A stretch of 64,000 nucleotides of DNA from Hydrolagus affinis (GCA_012026655.1 JAAILG010000132.1:62001-126000); one strand, 5' to 3'; counted from the first letter of the stretch, positions 39,137 through 53,081 are shown. The notes: generated by a model from the letters alone, not told the origin. Program-made: numbers and translations.

Positions 39137-39476
39137 GTACAAACACAGCAATGGGTTTCCATTCGTGGCAGACACTCGGCTGACCAAAAAAAGTAGTCTT
39201 CTACCCACACAATCAAAGAAAAGCTCCAAAAGGACTCTGATACTGAAAACTTTGATGCTGTGTACATCTGGATTAGTTTCTACTTCTGAGTTAAAGCAGT
39301 TTATCTTACAGACTAGCTATAACTCGTATCTGTTTATGTTCTCCGCACAAGTTTCCAGTTCAAAGTGTTCGGCTTTGGTTTCCCTGGAACGGATTCAGAT
39401 TGTTTCCTCAAGCAGTCAAGTTTGAGCAGTCAATGATACACACTGAATCAGATCTCCTGTAAACATTAGCACTTAC

Positions 39477-39497
39477 GACAGTTTAATCTGAATTAGT
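39477..39497 (-). CDS. Candidate 21-nt microexon
   Basis: Minus strand: ctgtttattttAG|ACTAATTCAGATTAAACTGTC|GTAAGT. Open only in phase 2 (LIQIKLS), which matches the preceding exons. Short enough to arise by chance. Confidence 0.25.
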
Positions 39498-42400
39498 CTA
39501 AAATAAACAGTTTCTGGAGAGGTTTAGATCAGAGTAATCTGAACCAGTTATTTTGCCACAGGTCATTATTAGCCTGTTTTTTTTAAAAAAAACTAAATTT
39601 ACTGCCCGGCAGAGTTGAGATCAGTAATCACTTTGCGGTGTCTGGTAAAGACGGGGCATTATTGGACAAAGCTGTTTTGTGTTAAAAAAAATATCTCCAG
39701 TAAACTCCTCAGCTTTTCTTGCAAGTTTCACTGGGAAACTAACAAAGACCCAACACTGCTGAATGATAACATAAGCCTGGACTAAGCTATTTAAGAAGTA
39801 ATATAGGGGGCTGAGTGGTTTTGTTATTATAGAAAGGTAATAATACTCACATAACAGTCTAAATGCTGTTTATTTCTTCTGTTTAATACTTCCTGTTCAC
39901 AGATTAGCTATTACAATGCTGAAAATACAAGCCCTTCTTTATTAATAATGTGTAACCCTTGGACTGCCTGCAGGTCTATAGGGATTCCTCTGTTTTTCTG
40001 AGCAGGCTGGGTTTGTATATTTTCAGTTCATGCACTCTTGAAAATACTACAATTACAATAAGAAAAGCACCTCAAACACCCTGGCGGCTGTATAAGTGTT
40101 ATATTAACCTCCACTCGCTGAAATTCACATTAATTTTTTTTAAAATTTCAAAACTTTTATCTATGCTCATCCTATCTTTCTTTTGACAGTCATTTTTCCT
40201 TTCCTAGTTAATTTTCTATTTTATTATTTTCTGTCCAACATATCTTTTTCCTACCCATTCTAAATATTCCAACCCTTGCTTGCTCTAACTCCGCCACTGT
40301 CCAGCGCTTACTATAAAAGTGCTATAAAAATCCATCAATAAAAATAACATTAAAAACGTGCTATAAAAATCCAAGTTATTCTCTCTATTGATTTGACTTT
40401 AAACACATTTATTAAAGAAAACGTTTTCTTAACTTCTGCTATCCCTCTTTAGTTAGAAAAATTTGCTTTCAATAGCTGACAAATGGGTTTATAGCCTAGC
40501 TTTACAACCAATGAAAAGCGATAAGACTGGAGACGAGATGTTTGAATCCAGACCGATCTCTGGCATGATTTTCGTGTCCACAGCAGGAAGTAACAAAAGG
40601 AACAACGAAAGGAGAAAAACCTAACAGCTCCCAAGACCCCTACAAGATTCAGACGTGAACCAATCTACCATGCTCCAATGATTAAAACCGTAGCTGCCAA
40701 TCCTCTCCATTAACAGGCTTCGAAGCTCATAAGCAGCTTAGTATTTGTTGTCACCTTTGGATTTTCCCCATTATAAGCTAACACCACAAAAGTGTATAGA
40801 CTGTAATACGTTACCCTGAATCACTAAGATCAACAAGCTTTGAATTCCCAACCCCTCTTCTTTTCCATGTTTTTTTTTCTTTATCCATCTTCATGTGGAG
40901 ACACCTGAAACTTAACCGCAAATGGCTTGAATGGATGCACCGTTCAGAGTTCAGAGTGTATCTTTCCAGAGCTCTCTGTATACTCACCACTCTCAGGGAG
41001 TTCACCTAGTGATTGCCAGGCCGACCAAAAAAAGTGCACAAAAAATAATTGTCACTCAAGCTACCCGATGGCTAGACGGGATAAAAACACCTCAGCTACG
41101 TTTGGTGGTGTAAATACTCCATTTGATCATCGGAAGGAGTCATGTTGTACCAGAGTGAAAATGTAACCGTGTAGTAATATTTCAGTATGAATTCTAGCTA
41201 AATATGGACTGTAGATGAGTGAAAAGTGGACAAACAAATCAGTGTTTAGTGGGCCAGACTCCACTCAAATGGTCAGAGCTAGGGCTAGATCAGCCCTCGG
41301 TCCCATTTGCCTCATTTAAGAAACCACCACAAGCTGTTGCAAATTGTGTTTTGTCTGTTAATATTTAAGCACATTTGTAAGAACTGTTTTAAGTAAGAGT
41401 TGTTTTGACATACTCTGACTTTGAGGAGCTAAGGCTATCACAGAAGCCTTCAAAGGAATTCAATTACACAGCAGCTAATATATTACCATTGTAAAATACA
41501 ACTTTGTATGTCATTATCAAATTTAACCTTTTTGAGGAACTTCTATTTATTCAATAATGCATGGATGTGGGCTGTTCCGTATATACTCTGAATTCGAAAA
41601 CTACTGTATATTGGAAAATCATTGAGTAGAATCAGATAAATAAAAAAGAACATTATTCAATATTCATGTATCAACTTACATTTACAGTCCTCAGAAACAT
41701 AACATTATAATTTGCATTTCCCACCCCGAAGCCCCCAAGTCTAGAATTCCTCAGTGCACTTTTCACTCGTGTATTATTGTTACTATATTAAAACTTTTCA
41801 CCACATGCTGTCTTGAAAATATTCACTTCAGTATTAGGTACGCTGGGTTTCCAAAAGTTGCTTAGCAATAAAGGTGATTTCTCCTTGTCAGAATCAATCA
41901 CTGCTTTCGGTTTTGATCAGATACAGCTGTCAGTTCCTCCAAGATAAACTGTTCCATAGAAATTCTCTTCCTATACTCAATTTCTGTAAGGATCGGTGTC
42001 TTATTGCCAAATAAGATTGTTGATATTCAATAGCTCATTTGTATAAGCAACTACTTACATCAGCATTTGGAGGCATTTTACTTTAAGACCAGTTAACTCT
42101 AAGGCCAACATTGAAACTGAAAACAATACTTTACTGTTTCTATTGCCATTCATGTCTACTTTTATTTCAGCATAATAGAACACATTGCTGGAGGGTATTT
42201 TCTTAACACTGCCAAGTCTGAATCAAGGTCTATAGAAGATGTTTGTGTTGCACTAGCTGTGGTCCTGGTTAATAACTATGTGATGATATATACGTGAATT
42301 CCTACTCTTCGGGTCCTCTGTGGCACACAAGTTAGCCTCGTCCTTATCTTCTAAGACATCTGGACGAGTGTCTGGGTTTTTAATTTCAGAAAGGAGTCGC

Positions 42401-43695
42401 AAGGGACCAGGGTTATGTTATGTGCTTACGAACAAAGTGGAATACCTCTACAGAGAGACAGAATGGATTAAATCGGATAGATGCTGGAAGAGCAAAGACA
42501 TAACTGAATGTTCAATGAAGTAAAACAAGGTTTTGTCATGCTTCTGAAAGTACAAAGGATCAATAACTTTTTCCCAAGTGGCATTGTTTGTTTGTTTCCA
42601 CCTTAAAAATCAGAATAAGGGAAGTTATGCATTTTACAAGTGTATGTTTTGCAGCTGTAGTAACTGGCCAGTGAATAAGTAAAAGTTGGTAATTAAAATT
42701 AATGAATAACAGGGAATGTAAATGGATTCCTTGCTATCAATCATGGGATGTTATACTGCACTTTGAACAGTTTTAGAACTTTTACAACAGTGTATAAATC
42801 CTAGCTCAATAAGCATTGTTTGTAGAGCCATTAACAAGCAAACAGTTCCAAGAGGTATTGTTTCGAATGAGAATTTTTATTACTGCCTGGCACTTTTCAC
42901 ACAAACAAGAGAGCGGAGCAAAATAAGTACATGGAAAAGTGAATGAAGAAAAAAGGGACAGTGCAAAATAAGGGAACAAAAGATCAATGAAGGGAGCATA
43001 CAGCACTGAACCATGTAAAACTTGTAAGCAGCTGGGAAATAGAATGAAAAATTGAAAACATTTCCCAAGGCCATTGCTTGTATCCTCCATAGTTCACCAA
43101 AATAAAGATTAATACTGATGATAATGATTGCCTATTCATGTTCAGTATTGAGTGCATCATATAGATTTTTTGAGTGCAATATTTGTAAATGTTTGAGAAT
43201 AAACACAATGGAATAAATATACCGTATTCATTTGTAACAGCTGTACAACAATCTCAAAATAGTACAACAACAAGGTCCCGCCAGTTAACACGATTTTTAA
43301 ATGATCTTCCAGTGTTACAGTACTTCATAGACCCTTCACAGTCACATCATGAACAATCACTCTTCACTCTAAAGAGGGCCTGGCATTTGAAAAATAGGCA
43401 CTGTAAGCAAAATTATAGCTGCACCACACCAGTCTTGCAGATCTTCAACACAAATGCTTTTGTAACTGACACAAGCTTGCTGAGTTACAGACGTGTGGAA
43501 ATATCACAGATCTGTGTCATCCAAGTGATATCAGGGGAAGTGGAAAATGAACAAAAAATATATTCCAATACTTTTGGGACGTGGGTGGCTTGGCAATCAC
43601 CAAGTATGACACAACTGTGTGAGCAGAACGTTCTGTACATACAGATGTGACTAAAGGAGGCAAATGGGCATCACACAATATTGTTTACACAAAGT

Positions 43696-44090
43696 GGAGT
43701 TTGGCTCAGTTGTTAGGATTCTAACCTTTGAGTCACAAGGTTGTGCATCCAAGCCCCATGTCAGAATTCACATTGTCTATGCTGACAATCAGTTGCAGTG
43801 CTGGAGGTTGCCCTGCAATTGTTGAAGGCTTAATTTTTGGGATCAGATGTTAAACCGAGGTCCTGTCTACCAGTCCACATGGACATTAAAAATCTCAAGA
43901 CAACACTGAAAAAGAGGCAGGAGTTTTTCCTGGTATCCTTGGTCACGATGCCCCAAATTAAATTAATTATTGGCTATGTGTTCAAATTGGCTATGCGTTT
44001 ACCTACAAATACACTTATCTTGCATTACAGCAAATACTGTGAAGCACTTTGAAACATCTTCCCAACGTGAAATGCAAGGATTATTATAAT
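43696..44090 (+). mobile_element. Near full-length SacSINE1-like Deu SINE
   Basis: tggctcagttg...tgagtcacaaggttgtg...gatgttaaaccgaggtcctgtct...caaattggcta...tgtgaagcactttgaaac...gcaaggattatt. Confidence 0.8.
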
Positions 44091-44262
44091 AAAACCTATT
44101 GGTTTCTGCCCGAAGGTGACAACTGGGCACGACCCATGGGTACTCTGGTTTTTCCAAAGTGTACACAATGTAAATAAGGCTGGCAGCCCTCATGAGGTCA
44201 TTCTTGTTACCAGTTAAACAAATATAATTCAAATTGATTTGTCAAGAAGTTACAGATACTAC

Positions 44263-44331
44263 CTGCTTGGGTATATTTCTGGCACATAAAACGCATTCTG
44301 GGAGGAACCCAGAAATAGGCCTCCAGAATAG
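44263..44331 (-). CDS. Internal coding exon (69 nt), probably the same - strand gene
   Basis: Minus strand: tgtgcttttttgcttttAG|CTATTC...AAGCAG|GTAGTA. Length is a multiple of 3 and all three frames are stop-free. Phase 2 reads YSGGLFLGSSQNAFYVPEIYPSR and joins in frame with 60170-60247. Confidence 0.65.
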
Positions 44332-46235
44332 CTAAAAGCAAAAAAGCACATCATTAAATGTTTTTCTTTTGAATAAATATCACAACTGAAAAGGTCTTGC
44401 TGAAAGGAAAATTGCAAGGGAATTGAATTGGAGGATAAAAAACGTTTTAAAAACAGTATTATTCTCCATTGTGCTGGTTCAGTCCCTTGGCAAAGAGACA
44501 TTGCTTATTATATCTCAGCTTATTATATTACTTTCTGGTATGTACTTTATCAGTTAATTAATCTATGAATACATTTATTTTATTCCAATTTACAGTATGA
44601 ACCAAACACCACACAGAATATCTGTACATGGGTTTATGTTTACTGGTTTCGTAAAACTACATAACTAACTCAAAGTGGGCTGTAAGAAATGTTCACTGCT
44701 CAAAGAAAATACCATCTAAATTACCCTGTACTTCTTCAAACCTTGGAAGAGTTAAACACAAGACATACTTTTTTTTATTTAAAAAAAAGGATAACCAAGA
44801 TAAACAGAGAAAATAATCCAGCACTATTTTACAGGTGGATATGAATTAAAGAAAAGGATTAGTATTTTTTGTTACCTGAAGAGCAAACCTAAGTGCTGGC
44901 ATGCTTGGTACTTGTGAGAAGTGCATGATCAAAGCAACATTTAGCACTTCAAAAATAGGTTAAGCTTCATGTTTACATAAAAGTGTCAGCACTTGCCTTA
45001 CATCACACAGGTTCCATGGGAACATAAGAGCCTAAGATTAATTGCCTCCAAATTTCAGATTGCTGAGATACAATATCTAAATACCTCTTCAGAATGCTTC
45101 AGGGGCTAAAAGAATTTGCACAAGGCAGTGCCAATGGCAGGAAGATTCAGTTTAGTGCACAGCTCTTTACATTTGAATAATATTGTTAAGTATGTCTGTC
45201 GTTAATGACCGCACCCCCTCCCTCCCCACCACCCCAAAAGTGATGAGAGTTTGAAGATATTTTCTAAGCAAGTATCAATGATGGGATATTATTTCTAACA
45301 TTGAAACAGATAGTGATATCAGATAGACCTTTGACTACAAAGACTGGGATTTAGTCCCACACTAACTTTCATTCTTAATTTGATTTCAGTATTAAGCTAC
45401 CGCACCAATACACTCTGTGCCTGAAGAAACGGCTATAAACAGAAGATGTGAGGTTTTTACATATTTTAATGTAGACTAGCGGTTAGTTTATGCTCCTACA
45501 ATGCCTCAACCAACTGAAGTAAGAATTCTTGCATTCTGATTTACTGTAGTCCATTTTTAAATATCAAATAACAAACATTATGCAGTTTATTCACCACAAA
45601 ACTAATGTATATTTTGCCCCACAACAACAAAAGTTATGACACTGACTCCCAGCTCATACCTTATATTCTGGAGATTGGTTGTGGCTTCGAACTTTATCCT
45701 GAATCCAACACTAGGCCTGTCCTTTACCCTTGGCTCATTATCAACCCTGACTTGCTGTTGCTCTGGGTGTTGACTTGCTCCCATTGCAGCTATTATCATG
45801 TGGGATGCCTGGAATGTGGTAGCAAATCAAAGCTTTCCTGAAACAGAATATGCCCATCTTTTGCTCCTGTGAGCTCACAAAACACATGCCTCTTTCAAAC
45901 CTTTCTTTCTGTTCTGCACAAAAAAGGATTAAAAAAAGAGAAAAGGCAATGTCTCTAAATAGTAATTGCTAATGTCCTGCTGCTGTGCTAAATGTTCTGG
46001 CTTATTAACCAGCTGCACAGCTAATTGACTGGAATGTTCCAGAGAGAGATTTTCTCTGATGAACTGTGGAGCCAATGTGCTGTTGGTTTGCAGAGATAGA
46101 GGCCACATGTGCCATGCTCTCCAGAGCTGCTTTTGCAATGTTATTTGATAATCCCACTATTCAGTTAAAATTAAGAAAAGACTCAACTAAACTGGTTTCC
46201 TCATGCTACAGGATTATTGAATGTGTCGGTTATAG

Positions 46236-46375
46236 GTGTCAACTTGGCTCAGCTCAAAGCAGTCTTGTTTCTGGGCGAAGAGATGCGTTCAAGCCTTATG
46301 CCAGGACTTTGAGCTTACAATTTTAGTTAACACTAAGTATGGTACCTGGGGAGTATTCCATCGTCGGAGGTTGGA
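46236..46375 (+). mobile_element. SacSINE1-like 5' fragment
   Basis: gtgtcaacttggctcag...gttcaagcc...ggactttgagc...tcgtcggaggt. Confidence 0.6.
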
Positions 46376-49300
46376 ATGCATTTGCACTTTGCATGCTGTT
46401 TTTGGGCAGAGCATCCACTTACCCCTGGTATTGGTTTCTGTAATCAGGAGATGTAGAGGAAAAGATAGATTTCCTTGTTCTGGCTCAGACCCTTGTTCCA
46501 CTTGCAAAAATGGCAAAGTTCACCCCGCCTATTGTGTTTGGGGAATCCTGTCTTTGGTAAAAATTTAAACACATTTGGTTCTCATCAGTCGAAAGCCATC
46601 AGTTTTCAACTAGGAACTCGAGTTCCACTGGATTACAATCAGACTGTGGGACGGTGTGGGAATTGACAATGTCACACTCATTCAAAAAGAGGTGAGTTCC
46701 TGACAGGACTGAAGTGAGGCAGTGCAGAGGGAGCTTCACATTTAGCCATGGTGTTCCTAATTTGGGGGTGCACAATTTCGACACTTGCAAGTGGCTCGAA
46801 TTTTCTCTTGTACCCAGTAACCGATGGCGTATGCCTACAATGGGAAACAAGGGCATTTCAACAAAATCACTGAGGATTTAACATTCAAGAGAAACTTCTA
46901 CCTCTGGGTGTCCAACTCATTTCACAGTACTGATCATAGCAAAAAAAAAGTATCCAACAGAATGTGCAAACTATCGAAAGGCAGTGACATCTGTTTGCAT
47001 CTGACCCTCCTGATCTCCCAGATGGAGGAGATTCAGTACTTGGAGGGGGCAGATAATAATAATAGTAATGAGAAATAATCAGATGAAAGACCTGAAAATA
47101 ATATTTACGTCACTGAAATAATAATTACAATTTATACAAAAATGTCTTAACAAGCAGAGACCAAGTAATGTTGTTCCAGCACTAATCCTTTCTTGATATC
47201 AGGACTGCTTTTCCATGCCTATCCACTGGATGAACTGTCAGCTAGAGAAAGCAAAGAATTAATACAATGAAGTTTAAAATCAGGTTTAAGACAATGATAG
47301 AAGGATTATAACATATACCAGTCAATAGCTACTTTTTTTTTAGCAACTGCACTATAGCAGTTCCAGGCACACATTGGATTAACCATGAAAGAAATTCCTC
47401 CAAAACTTCAATAAAATCCTTCAATGTCAGTGTGAGACAAGTTGGACCCATTATTCACTTTAGTTTTTTTGGCAGCATGCAAATTTCTTTTGTATACTCA
47501 TGATTTTAGGGGGAGGAAATGTCATAGGCACTTATGCAACAAGGAAGCTGATTGCATTGCAAAGTGTTCACAGTTCCACAGAAGCAGGAGTCTGACTCCA
47601 TCTACATGTGATCTCAAGCTACAGCTTGACATGCCTGTCTCACCAGGTCAGACTAATAGGCCTTAACCAAGCGATGCACCAGGTGGGAGCTAAACTAAGC
47701 AAAGTTTCATCTTTCTATCCATTCTCAAGTGCGTTTTACTTGGGGATTGTGACACCAGATCAAAGAACAAAACTCGTTTCTGCTCCTCAACTTGTTCCCA
47801 CCACTTTGGAGTGTGGAATGCAACTCAGGCCCACAGCAACTCATTTAATACCCCTGGAGTTGTAATGAAATCTTGCTGCTGTTGAAAAAAATGGCTTTTC
47901 CTGTCACTTAACAGCTTTTCCCTAAAGGCGTAGATGATACTCAAATCTGTTTGTCATGATGTGGAAACAGTTCAATTGATTGTTGTGAGCCTCCTTCAAA
48001 CTGTTTATTCTTTATGTATAGGGATGAGTGCCGGAAGCAAAAAAGCACAGATACCAACAGAAGTGAAACAGAAGAGAGAAGGACGGGAAAAGGGGACAGA
48101 TGGGTGACATCCAAGTTGATTTTTTTCATCTCTTCTGAATGGATAAAAGCTATTGCGTTATTCCAGTTTTGCCGTTTCCCAGTTGAAGTACTGGGGTACT
48201 GGTGATGAGAAAGCCTAAAGTGAACAGAGTAGACTATTTTTTTTTAAATGACCCCAAGAAATACAGTGACCTTTCTCTGAGTATAAATATGTTTATGATT
48301 GTTTTCATAATTTAGATTATTTTGTTTGAACTGAACTTGTCAATATAGGTCTCAATATTTCTGTGTGTATTCTTGTTTTGTTTTTTCCTCTGGAAATATT
48401 CAATGATATGTGAAATCATCCACTACAAAGAATAGATTCCATATCTATCCTATTTTATTTGCTGTACTGGTTACATGTTAAAATCTGACCTCTGGCACAA
48501 AGACCGACTGTAAGGTTTGTCAGGGTTCTAACTGACATTGTACATTTCTGTGTCGACGCTGATTCTGCTAATAGCAGGGAGTCATTCAAAGATGTAACTA
48601 ATGTACTTGAATTCCACACTGTTTGTTCAATAATAGGCAAGTGTTGTGTTGCATTAATGCTGCAGGTTGATGGGTTTAAGTCATTCTTCCCTCGTTTATG
48701 AGTCATTTGACCCTTGACTGGGCCCTTCAGGAGTGGATCAAGCTGCTTTTAAGACTTCATCATCAAACTTTACAACAGAGCCAGCTGGGTAAAAAGCTAC
48801 GGAAAAGGACGGTATGTGCTTCAGGGCAATGAACATCGAAACCATAGATCTCTTGTGAGATAAGGGTTCCACAAGTTAATACCCTGTTTATCAAGAACAA
48901 TCGCAACACTTTCATCACTCTACATTGCCCTTTCTTCATGATAGAATCCAAGTAATGTTTTACATTATATTCATCCATTATGCCTCTTTTGGGTAACATG
49001 TTTTTTCAATCGCTCCCGACACACTTTTAGAGTTCTCTTTAGTCCCTACACTTATTTCTTCAGACAGAGGCAAGAGAGTCTGGACTGCAGAAGCTCCACA
49101 GCTGAGACCAATTGTTCTCCATCACAGTGGCACTTCAGTGAGGAACAATACAAGGGACCTTGCAACTATTTTCTCCTCTTCCCTCCCCCTCTACACACAA
49201 GATATGGCACATTTTTCCCACCCCTCCCCCTTTCACATGCTAAATGGAAATACAGTAGTTGGAAAAACCATTTGCACTGGGTGGTGCACCAGTATCAAGC

Positions 49301-49534
49301 GTTTATTAAACCACAATAAGACACAACAAAATGTTAAAAGATTTTTATTTGCACACAGGGTTATTAGAACATGGGAAGGAAAACATAACTTGTTCTTTTC
49401 ACAATTGGAGAAATCTTTAACTGAATAATCTATTGATGCAAGGCTACCATCAGATGAAATCGCAAAGTGGGCAAAAAGTAAATATGTACTTTTAAGACAT
49501 TTGCAGTATTATGATTATATCAATGCCCCACATA

Positions 49535-50010
49535 AAACTGGTCATTCACTTCATGGCTGTTTGGGGGACATGTTTGTGTGCAAGTTGTATTTTGCATTAC
49601 AATAAATCCTGTGACGCACTTTGAGATGAAGCACTCATGGAGTCCTGTAGCTCAATGGTTAGAGCACTTGCCTTGCAAGTGAGAGACCTGGGTTCAATTC
49701 CAGGCAGGGCTAAACCTTGGGCAAGTTTCTGTACTCCACACGCCTAATAATTCCTAAAAAAAAAGCAATAACAAATTGGTCATTTTAATCCCTGACTGTT
49801 TGTGGGAAGAGGCTGTGCATAATTGGCTATTACATTTTGCCCACAAATATACAGTCGATTCATTTTACAGTATATTCTGTGAAGTGCTTTGAGACATCTA
49901 GAAGACATGAAAAGTGCTATATCAAATGCAAGGATTATTATTATATTATTATTTTGATGTCCTCCCAATGTGAAAAAGCACTGTATCAAATAGAAGGGTT
50001 ATTTTTATTA
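49535..50010 (+). mobile_element. Old Deu SINE 3' half hosting a young SINE
   Basis: ggtcattcacttcatggctgtttggggac...cactttgagatg, then the insert, then tgtcctcccaatgtgaaaaagcactgtatcaaat. Confidence 0.7.
49639..49953 (+). mobile_element. Full-length tRNA SINE, used as the family reference copy
   Basis: GGAGTCCTG-TAGCTCAATGG (box A)...GGTTCAATTCC (box B), ccttgggcaagt, Deu-like segment, L2-like tail and (TTA)n. Confidence 0.93.
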
Positions 50011-53000
50011 TTCTTAAGATATAGGTGCAACTGAAACAAAATGATAGAGTCCTAATTACCAGATGAGATCACGAACCAAAGAGCAAGTGAGTTGCATAAC
50101 CGTTAATTTAAAAAAACACCAAATTCAGAATGTTTTATCAGAAAGCTTCAGTTAACAGCTTCCTACTCCCAGGGGTAGGGTGAAGCAACTGTGTGAAGAT
50201 GATACCAACGGGGAATTTGGTCGGATGACAGGAGACAGAAGTAAAAAAAAATGTCATAATGGACATCATGAGGGTTCAATCCAAACAAAAATGATAAATG
50301 GTTACCATCTGCCGACAGCTACCTCACATTACACAAATATACTGTTATTCAAAATCAAAACTTGTCATCTTTCCAAAATACTAGAGATTCACATGAAAAG
50401 GTTTTCAGTATGGTTGTGCTGTTGTCTAGAGAAAAAAAAATCAAATTAAATAGTATTAACATCAGACATATTGTTTTCTCATTCACAATGCCTGCATTAA
50501 ACTGTAATGTCTGTATTTTAGATTTGTACAAAGGGCTGAATTTTGTTTCAAAATTTAAGAGCAGAATTCTGGCCTAAGTGATGGTGGAAATGGATAGCAG
50601 AAGCAAGCTTGTGCTAGCTGTGTATGTTTTGTTATCCAATCTGTGAATGTGCTATATATACTGAAGCGAAACAGGGAACAGAAAAGGTGAACATTTGGAA
50701 ACTGAAAAATATAGATAAAACAAAAATAGCATGCTTACTGGAAATCATTTTAACTAGATACCTTCACAGAGTAGAATGCAAACCCATTTCTCACTTGCTT
50801 GCAAGCAAATTTGTACAATTTTTGGTACACGCACATTCTTGATAGTTTGTCCCTTGCATAAACCTTGGCTGATACTAGAAGTATATGTTATATCAGTTTT
50901 CACTCCACAACAATTCACAGGATAGAGAATGTGTACATGAACTCTAATGCTGACTTTGAAATTAACAAAGTGTTACAAACAATCAAAGTAACTCTGAAAA
51001 GCAACACCTCCCAAATAAGCTTCTTTTTCAATTTCACTTCTGTTTTCTTTGAGATCTTGCAATGTGACAACACGCATCAGTGTCAGCCTCAGGGCCCTGC
51101 TGGCAACACCTTGAGAACTATGCAGAGGTACAGAAAACAAACAACTCCGGATGCGATTTCAATGATAAAATACCAGTGTCAAGAGCGTCTCTTGGGATCC
51201 ATAATCTGGAGCTGTCACGTGATAAGGCTTGTGTGCCTTTCCGACAGAGAGATGGCGTTTTCCCCCTTGGGTTCTGTGGAGGAAGAAAGTGGGGGAAGAG
51301 AGAAGCAAACAGCCCTTCTTATAATTAAACTCACTATGTTCCTTGAGGCCTGCACAGTGGCATTATAAAAACCATGTGCCTGCTTGTCACACCAGCCAAA
51401 CTCATATTAGGTGGCTTGATCAGAATGAAATTTACAGAATTTACACGTTGAAAATTTCCGTAGTGAGTCCTCACACTCTGTAAACACTTAAACTCATATA
51501 AAATCAACTCAGTGTTGTTGGAAACAAACTTGATTAAAGAATTGGTTTCTTCTGACCTTTTTTTTTAATCGGACTGAACAGAAAATATGGCAGCTCTGTT
51601 TCCCGCCAGCCTCAAGATGAATACATTTCCAAGTGGATTAGAGACACAACTCCCTACTTGTGACTGTGGGTTACCAGAGACGCTAGTTGCAAAATTAGGG
51701 TTTCTTTGTGTGTTTCATATGTACCCAGACTGAAGCATTTTATTTCCGAACATAAGGGACAATATCTCTTTTGTTGGCATATAAAGGCTGCATTTTTTTT
51801 AAATTACCATGTGCGTGCCATTCTCTTTCATAACCCAAGTCTTGTAACCGAAGAAGCAAACAGTGGAACAGAAGAAATCATCTGCTGTGCTTACTTGGGT
51901 CCAAATGTTAGGAGCCAGATTAAATGGGGTACACAAACGAGTACCACTGTATGTGAAAACTAAGGAGATACTTGGAGTAGGTCCCATTATGGGAGGCTTC
52001 TTGAAAGAGCCACTAGATAAAGGACTCAAGACAGAAATCATCCCAGGGCTGCAGAGAAGAATGTGAATTGTTCACGTCAGTGCAAATTCATAATTTGATG
52101 GCATGCAATTATAAACTGAAACTCTTGGAATGTTGAAATGTTTTCATGGTTGTAAGTATCCCAATAAAGATTAGATTCACATCGAGTAGCCAGAAAAAGT
52201 AATAACGGATCCCAAAAATAACATTGTCCTGATGTGCTTTAATTGGTTTTGGTGCTGGTGTAATGAAGAAAACTGTCCTTTTCCAATAATTTGCTCCCAA
52301 GATCTGTAGTTAACCCCTAGAGTGCTGGAAGGCCTACAAATACTTGCATCAATGGCTCAGTGTGTTTCAGCTTGTAAACAACCCTAAAACGTACAAATAT
52401 TGCCATAACAAAGCATCACATATAGACACCAGGGCAGCTTGATCACTCCAATATTAACTCTAACCGACTAAATCAATTTCTAAAATATTATTGAGTACTA
52501 CTGAAATATAAATACATTTACTGGAATCCTGTAGCCTAGAGGGCAGAGCATTTGCCTCACAAGAAATGAATGTTAAATTGCTCCAGGAGAGTAAGGAAGG
52601 AGGATTGGGGGAAAAAAATAAGACATTCTGCAACAATTCATGAAATCTGGTGCTGTTTTTCGAGGGCCTTGAAATTGTGCAGTGCTGCACTGTAAAAAGC
52701 AACCGCTTGAAACATACAGCTTGTTAACATCAACTTTACCCACAACAAGCACAGTTGACAACACAGATACAATAGCTGAAATTCCTCTGTGTGGCTTTAG
52801 AGAAGTCCTTTAAGGCACAACTGGGCTTTCCTGACATCGTTTGACTTGTCGGGACGGAGCATATTGCCCAAATCCACCCAATGGCAGTACGGCAGTACAG
52901 CATCCAACTTATATGGCGCAGAAGACTATTTGGTCAATGTTTATCTCCAATACGTGGATACAAAATGCATTTTCATTTTGTTGTAAGATAATGCTTTGAT

Positions 53001-53081
53001 TGAAATGACTTTTCTGTGAAGAGCCAGCAGTTTAAAAAAAATTACACTTCCCACATCATTGGTTGTTTTCGCTACAAGCCC

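Noticed and set aside
40927-41166. CpG-containing + ORF after a tctttccag acceptor-like site
   Set aside because: No donor or recognisable peptide, and on the opposite strand to the surrounding gene.
43189-43650. 153-aa + ORF
   Set aside because: AT-rich, no homology recognised, and antisense within the putative intron; consistent with chance.
49639-49710. tRNA-like sequences here and at other SINE heads
   Set aside because: They are SINE heads continuing into the SINE body, with no complete cloverleaf.
50865-51368. 167-aa + ORF
   Set aside because: Non-ATG start, no convincing exon boundaries or domain; more like non-coding regulatory sequence.
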